NCBI GenBank assembly: GCA_043228905.1
Contig: JBHGNT010000001.1
Coordinates: 7,688,001 to 7,752,000, forward strand
Source of the DNA: Azolla caroliniana
Lineage: Eukaryota > Plantae > Polypodiophyta
Direction: 5' to 3'
Length of the DNA stretch: 64,000 bases
Shown: one piece after another, positions 36,445-50,207 of the stretch
How positions within the stretch are numbered: the first letter of the stretch is position 1
Layout: each line of letters opens with the position of its first letter
Made by a program: the position numbers and the translations under genes
Notes under the pieces: model-generated
Seen by the model: the letters and a program-made list of their open reading frames with translations, nothing else
Databases searched by the model: none
Told to the model about the DNA's origin: nothing

Positions 36445-39400
36445 ATGGAATATGTGCAGGTAGATCAAGAAATAAGAGTGCAGGTTGTGAAGGAAGAGAT
36501 GGTGAGGCCGAGCAACAATGGAAGTAGGGAGGGCTAATGGAGGGTGGTGGAACAAATGTTTGTGTCGGCCATCGACATGATCGACATGGTCGAATTCTCT
36601 TCTACGAAGCAAGCCCCACCCTAGGCTTTGGCGGACATTACGAACACTTGGAAAACATCACGAAGAGGTCATTGGGGTTGGCATTGAACGAGTTCTACCC
36701 GCTCGCGGGACGCCTCCACATGGATGCCAATGGCCGGCTCGACGTGGTGTACGATGCTACGGGTGTCCCTTTTGTGGAGGTTGTGGTCCAGGGAGAGGGA
36801 GAGACATGGCATATGTGTAGGTATATCAAGAAATAAGAGTATGGGTTGTGAAGGAAGAGATGATGAGGCCAAGCAGCAGGAGAAGTACAAGCAGCAATGG
36901 AAGTAGGGAGGACGAATCAAGTGTGGTGGAACAAATGTTTGTGTCGCCCATCGACACAATGTACCCCAAGGCGCTACACTTCGAGTGTGGTGGCATTCAA
37001 GCGTGGAGGCATTGCACTTGGGGTTTCTCGAAGCCATATTCTGTTGGGGCTTGTCCACTCAAGTGGAGCCCACAACATTATGTCGGCCGAATGCCGAATA
37101 GACTTAATACTAATTAGTTCTATTTAAATATATATATATATGTATGTATGTCTCCTTTTTTCTTTTTGTATGTTGTTTTTGGGCAAGTGTCTTTTGTATA
37201 TGTGAGTGTGAACACAGGTTTGTAGAAGTTGGACAAAGAAAAGAAGAAAAGGAAAAAGGAGAGACATCGTGACCTGTTTTTTTTTGTGAGAAAGAAAACA
37301 GAGAGCAAAAACTGGTTTTTCTGAGAGAGAAAACAGAGAACGAAAACTGATTGTTTTTTTGAGAGTGTGCAGAGAGAGAAAATAGAAAATAGAAAGAGAG
37401 AAACAGAAATTGAAAGAGCGAGCAAGGGGAAGAGTGAACTACTGTCACAAATACAGAGACCACGATTGAACAACACCTGTCCTGTCTACTTGTTTCATGT
37501 TTCTTCGTTTTATGTTTTTCTAGTTTCTTTTTTATTTGGTTTTCTATCCACACCCAATTGGGTGAGGAATTATAATTTGGGTCATTGTTGTATCTACCCA
37601 ATCGGGTGAAGAATTGTAGCCGAGGTTGTTGCCTTGAAGTAGATACATTCCTCTAGTGAGGTAGTATTTCATTGTAATCCAAATTATAGTGAAATTGTTT
37701 GGAACCTACGGTTCCCGTGGTTTTTCCCTATTTTGGGTTTTCCACGTAAAAATCTTGGTGTACTCTCATTTTCGTCTTGTGGTTTCATCTATTCGTTATC
37801 AAGTGTTAATTGTGTTTGAAGTTTTAATTATCCCGATTCCGCTCCATATTCCCAACAAGTGGTATCAGAGCAGAGGTTCATACCTCCGCAAAGACTTGGA
37901 ATATGGATGAATCATTAGGCGGGATGATTAAACTGACGGGTTCCAACTACCCCATTTGGAAGTCCAAAATGAGGGACATGTGGTTGCCCGTACTACATGG
38001 TACGAGCAAACCCGAGAAAATAGATGCATTAACCTGGGACACTATGCATCTAAAGACATCTGCATACATCCGATGTTTTATAGACATGAGTCTATATAAC
38101 AATTTCTGTGATGAAACCAAAGCAAACGAGTTATGGAGAAAAATCGAGAGTATGTTTCAGACCGAAAATGCTTTGAATAGAGTCTCCGTGTTTAGGAAAC
38201 TTGTAAGACTTAGGTATCAAGATGGCTCTAGTATGGCAGAGCATCTTAATACGTTTCAAGGATTTATAAGTCAAACTGTCTCTCTAGATATACCTCTAGC
38301 AAATGAGGTGTTGACCTTGTTATTGTTAGGCTCTCTCCCAGATAGTTGGGAAACCCTTGTTGTGACGCTTGGGACTGCAACACAACAAAAAGACCTAACA
38401 TTGGACATGCTTAAGTCGAATCTTCTACATAAAGCCTTAGTCATAGAAAACAACTCCTCTAGAGGAAGAAACCATGGTAGGGGTCCACAAAATCACAGAA
38501 ATAATTCTAAGGGGAGGTCTAAATCTAGAAATAGGAAAGACTCTAAGAAAGACTTCACGTGTCACTACTGTGGTGGTCTAAACCACTATGAAAGAGATTG
38601 TAGGAAGAAAAAGAGGGGCCAAAAGAGTGGAACTATTGACAACAAGAAAAATGATTCCACGACAGCCGCATGTGATGGTTATATCATCATCGCGTGTGAT
38701 GATGCTTGTGTCAACTTAGCATCCCAAGAAACCGATTGGATTATCGATTCGGGAGCCTCGTACCACATTACCCCATATCGGGAAATGTTCTCGTCATATG
38801 CCGGTGGTGACTTTGGTAAAGTCAAAATGGCAAACCACGGCGTGATTGAGGTCGTTGGCATAGGAAATATAATTCTGACCACGGATATGGGTTGCAAACT
38901 AGTATTAAAAGATGTTAGGCATGTGCCAGACATTCGGCTGAATATTATTTCAGCCGGTAAGCTTGATGATGAGGGTTACACAAATTCCTTTGGTGAAGGA
39001 AAATGGAAGCTTATCAAAGGCTCGCTAGTATTAGCAAAATGTCTAAAACAGAATTCCCTCTATGTACTTCATGCTGTGGTGTCCGGCGGAGAGGTAAATG
39101 TAGCCAACAAGGATGCCTCGATTGAGCTATGGCATAAGAGACTTGGGCACATGAGTCAAAAGGGACTCGATGTTCTAGCAAGGAAGAACATCTTCCCGGA
39201 CATAAAAGGGATGCACTTGGAAACTTGTGTTGATTGCTTGCCCGGCAAACAACACAGAGTTGCTTTTCAACATCTGCCCCCCAAAAGAAAATTTTAGCCA
39301 TTGGAATTGGTGCACACAGACTTGTGCTATATGAAAGATAGAACTCTTGGGGTAGCATTGTACTTTGCCACATTTATCGATGACTTCTCGAGGAAGTTGT

Positions 39401-41787
39401 GGTGCTTTGCATTAAAGTCTAAAGATCAAGTGTTTGAAATCTTTAGGAACTTTCATGTAAGTGTGGAAAGAGAAACTGGAAGAAAGCTGAAATGTATCTG
39501 TGCCGATAACGACGGTGAATATCAGGGACGATTTGAGGAATATTGTCGTGAGCATGGTATTAGACTAGAGAGAAGTGTCCCGAAAACACCTCAGCACAAT
39601 GGTGTGGCTGAGAGGAGGAATAGGACAATTTGTGAGCGGATAAGATGTATGTTATCCCACTCAAAATTGTCTAAATCCTTTTGGGGTGAAGCAATGAGGA
39701 CTGCAATTGACCTCATAAACCTGTCTCCGTCAGCCCCCTTGGATGGCGATGTTCCCGAGAGGGTTTGGACAGGCAAAGATGTGTCATACAAACACTTGAG
39801 AGTATTTGGCTGTAGGGCCTACGTTCACATCCCAAAAGATGAAAGATCCAAGCTTGATGACAAATGCAAACCATGCATATTCTTGGGATACGGCCATGAG
39901 GAATTCAGCTATAGACTTTATGACCCAGTAGAGAAGAAGGTCATTAGAAGCAGGGATGTGGTATTCCTTGAGGATCAGACCTTACAAGATCCGGAGCCGA
40001 ATGAAATGCCGGATCTCACCCCTGAATTTTCAGTCACTGAACACCCAATGCCTACCCCAGACACAAAAGGTCATGGGGGAGATACCGAGGAGTATGATGA
40101 TATGGCTGATGATGCAGCCGACAATGATGATGGGCAGAATCATGACCATCATACTCTAGGTGACATTTCAGCAGCTCCTCTGGAAGAGGAAGAGGTTAGA
40201 AGGTCTATGAGACAAAGAAGACCTTCTACGAGATACAACCCACATGAATATGTGATGCTTTCAGATGGAGGAGAGCCAGAAAGCTTTAGAGAAGCTATGG
40301 CAAATGATCATGAGGAATGGCTTGATGTCATGAGTGATGAGATGAAGTCTTTGCAAGAAAAAGGGAATTGATTTCGAGGAGATTTTCTCACCAGTGGTGA
40401 AGATGTCCTCGATCAGAGTTGTACTTGGGATCGCAGCCAGTCTCAATCGAGAAACTTGATGTAAAAACTGCCTTCCTCCATGGCGATTTGGAAGAAGAGA
40501 TTTACATGGATCAACCCGAAGGGTTTGGTGTCAAAGGTAAGGAAAACCTGGTATGCAAGTTAAAGAAGAACTTGTACTGCCTAAAACAAGCTCCTAGACT
40601 TTGGTACAAAAAGTTTGACTCCTTTATGTTGAACCATGGGTATAATAGAACAAACACAGACCATTGTGTGTTTGTTAAGAAATTCCTAGATGGGGATTTT
40701 GTCATTTTGCTCTTGTATGTTGATGATATGTTGATTGTTGGTCAAGACACCAACAAGATTGAGAAGTTGAAAAAGGAACTCAGCAAATCTTTTCCCATGA
40801 AGGACTTGGGACCAGCCAAGCAAATCCTTGGGATGAAGATAACCAGGGACAGGTTAAGCAAAAGACTTTGGTTGTCTCAAGAAAAGTACATTGAGAAGGT
40901 ACTCGAGAGATTCAACATGGCTAAGAGTAAGCCGGTCAACACTCCACTCGCGGGCCACTTTAAATTTAGCTCAACTCAATGCCCTACGAGTGATGAAGAG
41001 CAAGAAGGAATGAAACAAATACCATATGCCTTTGTAGTCAGTAGTTTAATGTATGCTATGGTATGCACAAGGCCGGACATTGCTCACACAGTTGGTGTAG
41101 TGAGCTGTTTTCTCTCGAACCTTGGAAAAGATCATTGGGAAGCAGTGAAATGGATCCTGCGATATCTGAGGGGTACCTCAAGAGTCTGTCTAAAATTTGG
41201 TGAGAACCAAACTATATTAGATGGATATACAGATGCCAATATGGCTAGTGATGTTGACTCCAGAAAGTCTACATCTGGTTACCTAATGATCTTTGCAGGG
41301 GGAGCGGTCTCTTGGCAATCGAGATTGCAAAAATGTGTGGCATTATCCACAACGGAGGCTGAGTATATTGTTGCCACAGAAGCTAGTAAGGAATTGTTAT
41401 GGCTAAAGAAATTCCTACAAGAGTTGGGGCTGACCCAAGAACGGTACATTTTGTATTGTGATAGCCAAAGTGCTATCCACTTAAGCAAGAATTCTTCCTT
41501 TCACTCTAAGTCAAAACACATAGACGTTAGATACCATTGGATTAGATATGTGCTTGAAGAAAAGCAAATGCACATTGAAAAGATTCACACAAACAAGAAT
41601 GGTTCCGACATGATGACAAAATGTTTGTCAAGGGAGAAGCTTGAAGTTTGCAAACAAAAGGCAAACCTAGTTGTGCCCCCCACTTGAGATGGAGGGGGAG
41701 AATTTGTTGGGGCTTGTCCACTCAAGTGGAGCCCACAACATTAAGTCGGCCGAACGCTGAATAGACTTCATACTAATTAGTTGTATT

Positions 41788-41826
<39 letters not shown>

Positions 41827-42219
41827 CTCCTTTTTTCTTTTTGTATGTTGTTTTTGGGCATGTGTCTTTTGTATGTGTGAGTGTGAACACAGGTTTGTAG
41901 ACGTTGGACAAAGAAAAGAAGAAAAGGAAAAAGGAGAGACATCGTGACCTGTTTTTTTCTATGAGAAAGAAAACAGAGAGCAAAAACTGGTTTTTCTGAG
42001 AGAGAAAACAGAGAACGAAAACTGATTTTTTTTTTGAGAGTGTGCAGAGAGCGAAAATAGAAAATAGAGAGAGAGAAAGAGAAATTGAAAGAGTGAGCAA
42101 GGGGAAGAGTGAACTACTGTCACAAATACAGAGACCTACGAGGGGTTGTCCACTCAAGTGGAGCCCACAACATTAAGTCGGCCGAACGCTGAATAGACTT
42201 CATACTAATTAGTTGTATT

Positions 42220-42258
<39 letters not shown>

Positions 42259-43734
42259 CTCCTTTTTTCTTTTTGTATGTTGTTTTTGGGCATGTGTCTT
42301 TTGTATGTGTGAGTGTGAACACAGGTTTGTAGACGTTGGACAAAGAAAAGAAGAAAAGGAAAAAGGAGAGACATCGTGACCTGTTTTTTTCTATGAGAAA
42401 GAAAACAGAGAGCAAAAACTGGTTTTTCTGAGAGAGAAAACAGAGAACGAAAACTGATTTTTTTTTTGAGAGTGTGCAGAGAGCGAAAATAGAAAATAGA
42501 GAGAGAGAAAGAGAAATTGAAAGAGTGAGCAAGGGGAAGAGTGAACTACTGTCACAAATACAGAGACCTACGAGGGGTTGTTCATGCTATCAAAGAACCA
42601 CGATTGAACAACACCTGTCCTGTCTACTTGTTTCAGGTTACTTCGTTTTATGTTTTTCTAGTTTCTTTTTTATTTGGTTTTCTATCCACCCAATTGGGTG
42701 AGGAATTATAATTTGGGTCACTGTTGTATCCACCCAATCGGGTGAAGAATTGTAGCCGAAATTGTTGCCTTGAAGTAGATACATTCCTCTAGTGAGGTAG
42801 TATTTCATTGTAATCCAAATTATAGTGAAATTGTTTGGAACCTACGGTTCCCGTGGTTTTTCCCTATTTTGGGTTTTCCACGTAAAAATCTTGGTGTACT
42901 CTCATTTTCGTCTTGTGGTTTCATCTATTGGTTATCAAGTGTTAATTGTGTTTGAAGTTTTAATTATCCCGATTCCGCTCCATATTCCCAACATATTCTT
43001 TGTGATGGACACTCGTATTGGCACTTCATGGTTTTGTGGGCTGAGTGTGCAAGAGGTGAACCCCTCCCTAGAAAAAGTTGTAATACACCTCAACCATATC
43101 GAGGATGAAGACAACCACTTGGGGAAAGGGGGTTCTATCAAATGAACACATTCCTCCTCACAAAGAACACGATGGAAACCTTGAAAAGACAAGCTGGTGG
43201 TGAGAACACGGGATACGAGTTATTTGTGCCCACATATTACGGCACACAACTAAAGCAAGGGAGCATTTGTGTCGGTAGTTACACATGAGAGAACGAATAG
43301 ACCCACCCTTAGGAAAAGCCTATTTTGGGAATGCGATTATGTTGACCATAGCGGTTGCCACGACGGGGGAGCTCAAGGATGAGGATCTCATGGTTACAAC
43401 TCAACGTATACATAGATCTATACGTGGTTGTAATAGCGAGACATTTCATAGTTGGCTCCATTGGGTGGAGATCTATGGTGGTGGTGCCATCTTTGAAGGA
43501 TGTTTATTCAATGGTGCACGTATTGGAGTATCAAGTTCCCATAACTTTCCAATTTTTAAACTTAACTTTGGTTGGGGTAAACCTTTGGCATGTCGAATTC
43601 CAATTATGGATGATGTACGAAAAATTGTATTCTTTCCTAGTGGCGATATTACGGGTAATATTGAAGTTCTTTTGCCTTTACCTACTCATGTTATTCATCG
43701 ACTACAAAGTGAGGACATGTTTGTCAATCCTTAA
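36445..43734 (+). pseudogene. A-type BAHD pseudogene interrupted by copia copy 2
   Basis: Same structure as 15407-22734: ATG 36445, restart ATG 36806, exon 2 remainder 42994-43734. Confidence 0.92.
37042..42993 (+). mobile_element. Ty1/copia LTR retrotransposon, copy 2 (chimeric)
   Basis: 5' LTR 37042-37857, PBS 37860-37871, ORFs 37903-39297 (gag-PR-HHCC), 39301-40371 (INT) and 40419-41687 (RT-RH), 3' LTR 41705-42993 with an internal duplication, TSD TATTC. Confidence 0.97.
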
Positions 43735-44339
43735 GATAATTAATGGTGTTCATCGTTCCTTTACCCATTTTGATTTTAAAACATTTGAGTTTTGCTTGTG
43801 AGGTCGTAAGCTTATGAACAATATTTTAATGATAATTAAGCTATGTTGATGTAATGCTAATGCATTTGTAGCTCATTAGACATAATTCTAATGTTGATGG
43901 GGCATATGTAGGAGGAAGCCTTTGATTGATATATTACTTTCCACTCAATGTGCAAGAAGATTGCATTGTGTGCAAAATTTGAACCTTTTGGTTTGGGCAT
44001 TTTACCAATATAACACTTAATATAGGAATATTCCAACAAGCCGTTAGTTCAACGAGGAAGCAAACGAGTATTAACAAATCATGGCACCTTTTTCACAAAA
44101 GTTAATGAATTATGACAACGTTGTGAATATAATGTCGATGGAATTCATCCAAGAAAACTATTGAAATCAGGTCAAAACAATCAATTGAACATTATACATT
44201 CTCATTGTCTAAGACAACGTGTTGTCTAAGTTTTGAAAAGCGTTGCTTGATATGGTGCCTACTACCAATTGAGTTTGCATGTCGATGACTTTATGACATA
44301 TTGGCACGCTTTTCTTGTCTACCAATGTTGGACGATGTT

Positions 44340-44586
44340 AATGCTTGAACAATTTGACACATATGATTGGAAAGACGGAGGAAATGGAATCTGTAGCAGA
44401 TCACTGGAATCAATGTTGTGTTTTATGGCTGTTTTTTTTCCCAACAGCTTTTACAAATACTAGAATCATTTCAGATATACTGGTGGAAATGAAACAATAT
44501 TATGTACTATTTGTATACTGCCTCCGGGCTTTTTATTAATACCAATGGAGCATATGTTTTATGGTAAAAATGCTTGAACAATTTGA
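44340..44586 (+). other. 211-bp insertion (44358-44568) flanked by an 18-bp direct duplication AATGCTTGAACAATTTGA
   Basis: The duplication lies at 44340-44357 and 44569-44586. Empty sites are at ~23340-23357 and in the older paralog at ~3882-3900. Confidence 0.9.
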
Positions 44587-45390
44587 ACTAAATTGTAAAT
44601 ATGTGTCTCAAGCACTCGCAAAGTTTGATTTAAAGTAGCAAGCAAGCATTCGTTTTTTTTATCAAGAACATTGACAAAAGTAAAAAAATGTTGTTTCGTA
44701 AAACATTCAAACGACATTGTTGACATTGCATATGCCATTGTTAGTGTAACTAGCAACGTTTTTATTTTGTATCCAACACATCATGTGTCATGATAATGTC
44801 TGTTTCTGTCCATAGTGTTCAAGGTGGATGTTTTTTTTCTTCATACATAGGATCATTATATTCTTGCTATGAATATGTGATGTAAAATATAGTAAGTACA
44901 TCAAAGTCTATGTGGGACACCAAATTGAATAATTGTAAAATTTGGCAAGTTCCTTCAACTCTGAGCATGTGATACACTCTCGCTTAAAAAATAACAAACA
45001 GATCGATGGCTATTTGTTCTGCCGACACGAGTTTTAAGTTTGAGCAGCCAAACGTCTACCCCCCTAACCCAGAAGAACTCTTATTGGTTTGTGTCTTCGT
45101 GGACTTCTAGAAGTTGATTCCTCCAAATAAAATAGAACGAATACCTTAATAGGCTTCTATATGTTTCCAAATCAAAAAGTGCAAAAAGTTTTACGCACCC
45201 CGATCGTGTCACATGGGATGTGGAGCCCACCTTTGAATGCTACAATTTTATATGACATATAACTTGAAAGTGATGGAGCTTAAAGATTGGGAAGAGAAAA
45301 AAGTCATGGATGGATGGTTGATAAGCTCAAGAAATGGCGTGTCAGACTAAGACAAGAGATTAGAGAAAGAGAGAGTAGGGGGGGAGAGAC

Positions 45391-47005
45391 ATGGCATATG
45401 TGCAGGTTGATCAAGATATAAGAGTGCGGGTTGTGAAGGAAGAGATGGTGAGGCCGAGCAACAGGATAAGGAGAACCAGCAATGGAAGTTAGGATGGCGA
45501 ATCGCGTGTGGAACGAATGTTTCTATCGGCCATGGACACGATGGGCCCCAAGGCTCCACACTTCGGTCGAATTCTCTTCTACGAGGCGAGCCGCACACTA
45601 GGCTTTGGTGGACATCATGAAGACATGGAAGAGGAGATCATGAAGAGGTCTTTGGGATTCGCATTGGACGAGTTCTACCCACTGGCGGGGCGCCTCCATG
45701 CAGGTGCCGATGGCCGGCTCCACGTGGTGTGCGATGACACAGGTGTCCCTTTCGTGGAGGCCGTGGTTGAGGGCAACATAACATTGATGGATCTCAAGCA
45801 ATCCTGGGGCTTCCAATGGCAGCCTTTCTTCACCCAGCTGGCCCCAAGTGTAGATCCAGAAGACTATTGCTCTGCACCTCCATTGATTGTCCAGGTGTGA
45901 ACAAACATCTCACCTTTGATCTCTCTTTACACACTTACATCATACATTGGGCCTTCAGGCCTATATGGGGCCCCACACATTTCGACCATAACCATGAGCT
46001 AGTCCCCGTCTCATAGAAAGCTATTGGTCTCTTGTGGATTTTAGAAAGATATCTATCTATCAAACACAACTCCCACACACATATGTATGTATGTATGTAT
46101 TCTCCATAGTTTCAATTTTCTCTTTTTTTGTTAAAATGCAGATTTCCAGATTCAAGTGTGGAGGCATTGCACTTGGGGTTTCCCGAAGCCATATACTTTG
46201 TGATGGACACTCGTTTTGGCACTTCATGGTTTCGTGGGCCGAGTGTGCAAGAGGGGAACCCATCTCATTGCCTCCGATTCATAATCGTTCTTTGTTGAAG
46301 ATTGATAACCCATGCCTAGAGAAAGCTGTATTACACCTCGCCCATATAGAGGATGAAGACAACCACATGGGGCAAGGGGATTCTATAAAAATGAACACAT
46401 TCCTCTTCACCAAGGACATGATGGAATCCTTGAAAAGACAGGTTGGTGGTGAGAACACGGCGTACGAGGTTATTTGTGCCCACATATGGCGTCACATATC
46501 TAAAGCAAGGGAACATTTGGATGATAAGAAAGTAGGCTTTGTTTCAGTAGTTAACATGAGAGAACGAATAGACCCACCCTTAGGAAAGGCCTATTTTGGG
46601 AATGCAGTTATGTTCACCATAGCGGTTGCCATGGCAGGGGAGCTCAAGGATGAAGATCTCGTCGTTACAGCTCAACGTATACACAGATCTATACGTGGTT
46701 GTAATACCGAAACATTTCATAGTTGGCTCCATTGGGTGGAGATCTATGGTGGTGATGCCATCTTTGAAAGAATTTTACGCAATGGCGCACGTGTTGGAAC
46801 ATCAAGCTCCCATAATTTTCCTATTTTTAAACTTAATTTTGGTTGGGGTAAACCTTTGGCATGTCGAATTCCAAGTATGCATGATGTAGGAACACTTGTA
46901 TTCTTTCCTAGTGGCGATATTCATGGTAATATCGAAGTTCTTTTGCCTCTACCTACTCATGTTATGCATCGACTAGAAAGTGATGACATGTTTTTCAATC
47001 CTTAA
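45391..47005 (+). pseudogene. Type-B BAHD copy with a single nonsense change W34* (exon 1 45391-45894, exon 2 46142-47005)
   Basis: Nearly identical to 24134-25748 except TGG->TAG at 45490-45492. Splice sites and motifs are intact. Confidence 0.88.
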
Positions 47006-49340
47006 GCCAATGTATGGTGTTCATCGTTTGCTTTACCCATTTCGAGTTTGAAACATTTGAGTTGTGATTGTGTATGTGTGAGGTTGTAAGCTTATGAACA
47101 ATATTTTAATGATAATTAAGATATGTTGATGTAATACTAATGCATTTTGTAGCTCATTAGTCATAATTCTAATGTTCATTGGGCATGTGTAGGAGGAAGT
47201 CTTTGATTGATGTATTACTTTCCACTCAATGTGCGAGAAGATTGCATTGTGTGCAAAAGTTGAATCTTTTGGTTGGAGGATTTTACCAATATAACAGTAA
47301 TTATAGGAACATCCCATGAGTTTGACGAGGACGTAAAAAGTGTATTAACAAATCATGGTACCTTTTTCACAAAAGTTAATGAATTATGACAACCTTTGTG
47401 TATGTAATGCCAAGGACACAAAAGTGTATTAACAAATGATGGCACCTTTTCCACAAAAGCTAATGAATTATGAGAACCTTTGTGTATGTAATGTGGATAG
47501 AATACATCCCACCTTTGTGGACAACCTTTGTGTTTCTGTCCGTAGTGGTTCAAGGTGGATGATCAAGGTGGATGATCTTTATCTTCATACATAAGAAGAT
47601 CAGTAGATTCTTGCTAAGCCCTTTCCTTCGCCTGATGAATTGGATTGACTGGAATGATTGGAGGCAAAAGCAATGGGCAGGCTACTTGGACAGGCAATGA
47701 TTGGAGGCAAGCAAAGCATTGGGCAAGATTCTTCCATTCTTCCTGCTCTTTGCACGTCTCTTCTCTTAACTTCCATCTTTCTAGTCTTGTGACTCCTTTT
47801 GCGCACTTTCTTTCTTGCTTCTTGCTCAAGGCTCATCTTATCTCATGTAAAGGTTTTACTCATGTCATTCTCTCATGCACAAATAAATGCTTGCTTCATA
47901 AATATATGCCTTGGAAAGTCTCAAAGGGAAACACTGTAAGAACGCCAAGAAGCTTTTAAGTACTTAATGAGTTTAAATTAGCTAAATAGAAGGTATCACA
48001 AGATCTACAGTCATGCAAAGGGCTTATTTGTAAAAAAAATGAGAACTTGCAAAGTATATGCAATAAATCCTCCATACCCAAGAGAAAGCATATGCTTGTG
48101 CTGAATCTTGGAGAAAACTAATGGGGGAAACACATTATGAGTTATGGTAGCTTAACCCAGGAGAGGTGTGACGCACTGTAGAAATCCATAACATGTTCAA
48201 AGATATGGTAGCTTAACCCAAGGGTGGTGTAGTGCATTGTGAGAATCTATAACATGTTCAGAGTTATGATATCTTCGCCCAAGAGTAAGAATCTATATAT
48301 TTAATCAAATATGGGAAAGATTGTACATATCATTGTTCTATTTAGTATTTCATTGCTTCTTTGCCATTAGGATATATATGGAAGGTTCAAGTAATTGGCC
48401 ACCCACTAGAAAGAAACAAGAATTGGGCTGGCCAATGTTAGTTGACTTGAGGCATTAATGTCCATTTCATGGATATGGAAAGGAAAAAGCTTCCCTATTC
48501 TAGAGAAGGACACTCAAGGGTGTGTGACAAAATATATCTAGATGAAGGTCTTGCACCAAAACAAGTAGCATACTGTGAAGAAATTATGCCATGAGTTCTC
48601 CATTCAAGAAGAGAAAAAAAAGGTTCTCTAAAATGGTGGGCGTGGTTATATTATGTGCAAGATACGTGCATAAACATTGTATGGCCCATGAGACCTCATG
48701 CATGTCTACATAGAATTACAGTGGTATATTAAAGATACTTTCTAGAACACATATATTGTATTTAAACAAAGATACTTGAACTTAAACCACCGAGCACTTG
48801 TACTTGGATCACTAGAACCAATAATTGAAGCATTGTTCAAGAATTGAAAATCTTGTCTCTTAAATCATTCAAATGACTTTAATACTACACCTGATATTTG
48901 ACACCCAACATAGCGTGCCAAATGAAAACTTTCATTTTCTTACGTTAGTGTTCAAGGTGGATCATCTTTTTCTTTATGTATAAGACAGTTATCTTCTTCC
49001 TGTGAAAGTGATATAAATGTCGAAAGCAAGTCCTCCCTAGTGTGTTAAATTAGTTATCCCATCAATGAAATCAGCTAACGTGATTGAAGGCTGCCATTGA
49101 AGTGTTTGCTGAAAATTATTATGTGATTAATGTTGTGTTGTTTTTAATAAAAATAGATCAAAATAAAGCTGCATAATAAAGTCAATGTTCTCATAGTTGT
49201 GATGTTGTATGGGTGAGGTAATGAGATAGGTGTTCAATTTGTTTAACTCTTAATAATTTCCATTGCTGCTTTAATTAATGTATGATGAAGTGCCATCTTA
49301 TTGCAATGACAAGTTCTTAGTCTTTTGTATTGAAATTTAG

Positions 49341-50207
49341 GTCTCAAGGTTTGATTGTGGTGGAATTGCACTTGGGATTGCACACAGTCATGTCCTTTGT
49401 GATGGTACCTCATTGTGGCACTTCATGAGCTCATGGGCAGAGTGTGCCAGAGGTGAAGCCATTTCCATACCTCCAGTTCATACACGTTCTTTATTGAAGA
49501 TTGAGAACCCATCACCAGAAAAAGCAAGAATACACCTTGAACATGTGGACGACGACGATGTCAAAAATATTGGTCAAACAGTTTCTGTAAAAATGAACAC
49601 TTTCTGCTTCACTAAAGACATGATCACAAGGTTGAAAAATAAAGTCGGTGGTCAAAACACATCATATGAGATAATATGTGCTCACATATGGCGGCATACC
49701 ACAAAAGCTAGGGAACATTTGCATGGCAAGAAAGTCGGCTTCATTTCGATCGTTAACATGAGAGAAGGAGCTGACCCACCCTTAGGAAAAGCCTATTTTG
49801 GGAATGCATTTATGTGGACAATTGCCACCGCAACATCTGTGGAACTCGAGGAAGAGGACCTTGCCTCAACAGCTGAACGTATACATAGATCTTTGATTTC
49901 TTGTACTAAGGAAACCTTTCATAATTGGCTCCATTGGTTGTAGGTATACGATCGAGATGCCATGTTTGAATGTTGCTCCCTCAATAATGCACGTATTCGA
50001 GCATCGAGCTCTCATAATTTTCCTGTCTTCAAAGTTGACTTTGGTTGGGGGAAACCTCTGGCAGCTCAATTACCGAGTGCTGATGATCCAGGAAAGATTA
50101 TTGTCTTCCTTGGTAAAGATATTCCTGGTAATATTGATGTAGTCTTGGCTTTACCCACCCATGTCATGAATCGACTAGAAAGTAACAAAGCCTTTACAAA
50201 TCCTTAG
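49341..50207 (+). pseudogene. Orphan type-C BAHD exon 2, duplicate
   Basis: Copy of 28084-28950 at +21257, with TAG at 49941-49943. Confidence 0.9.
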
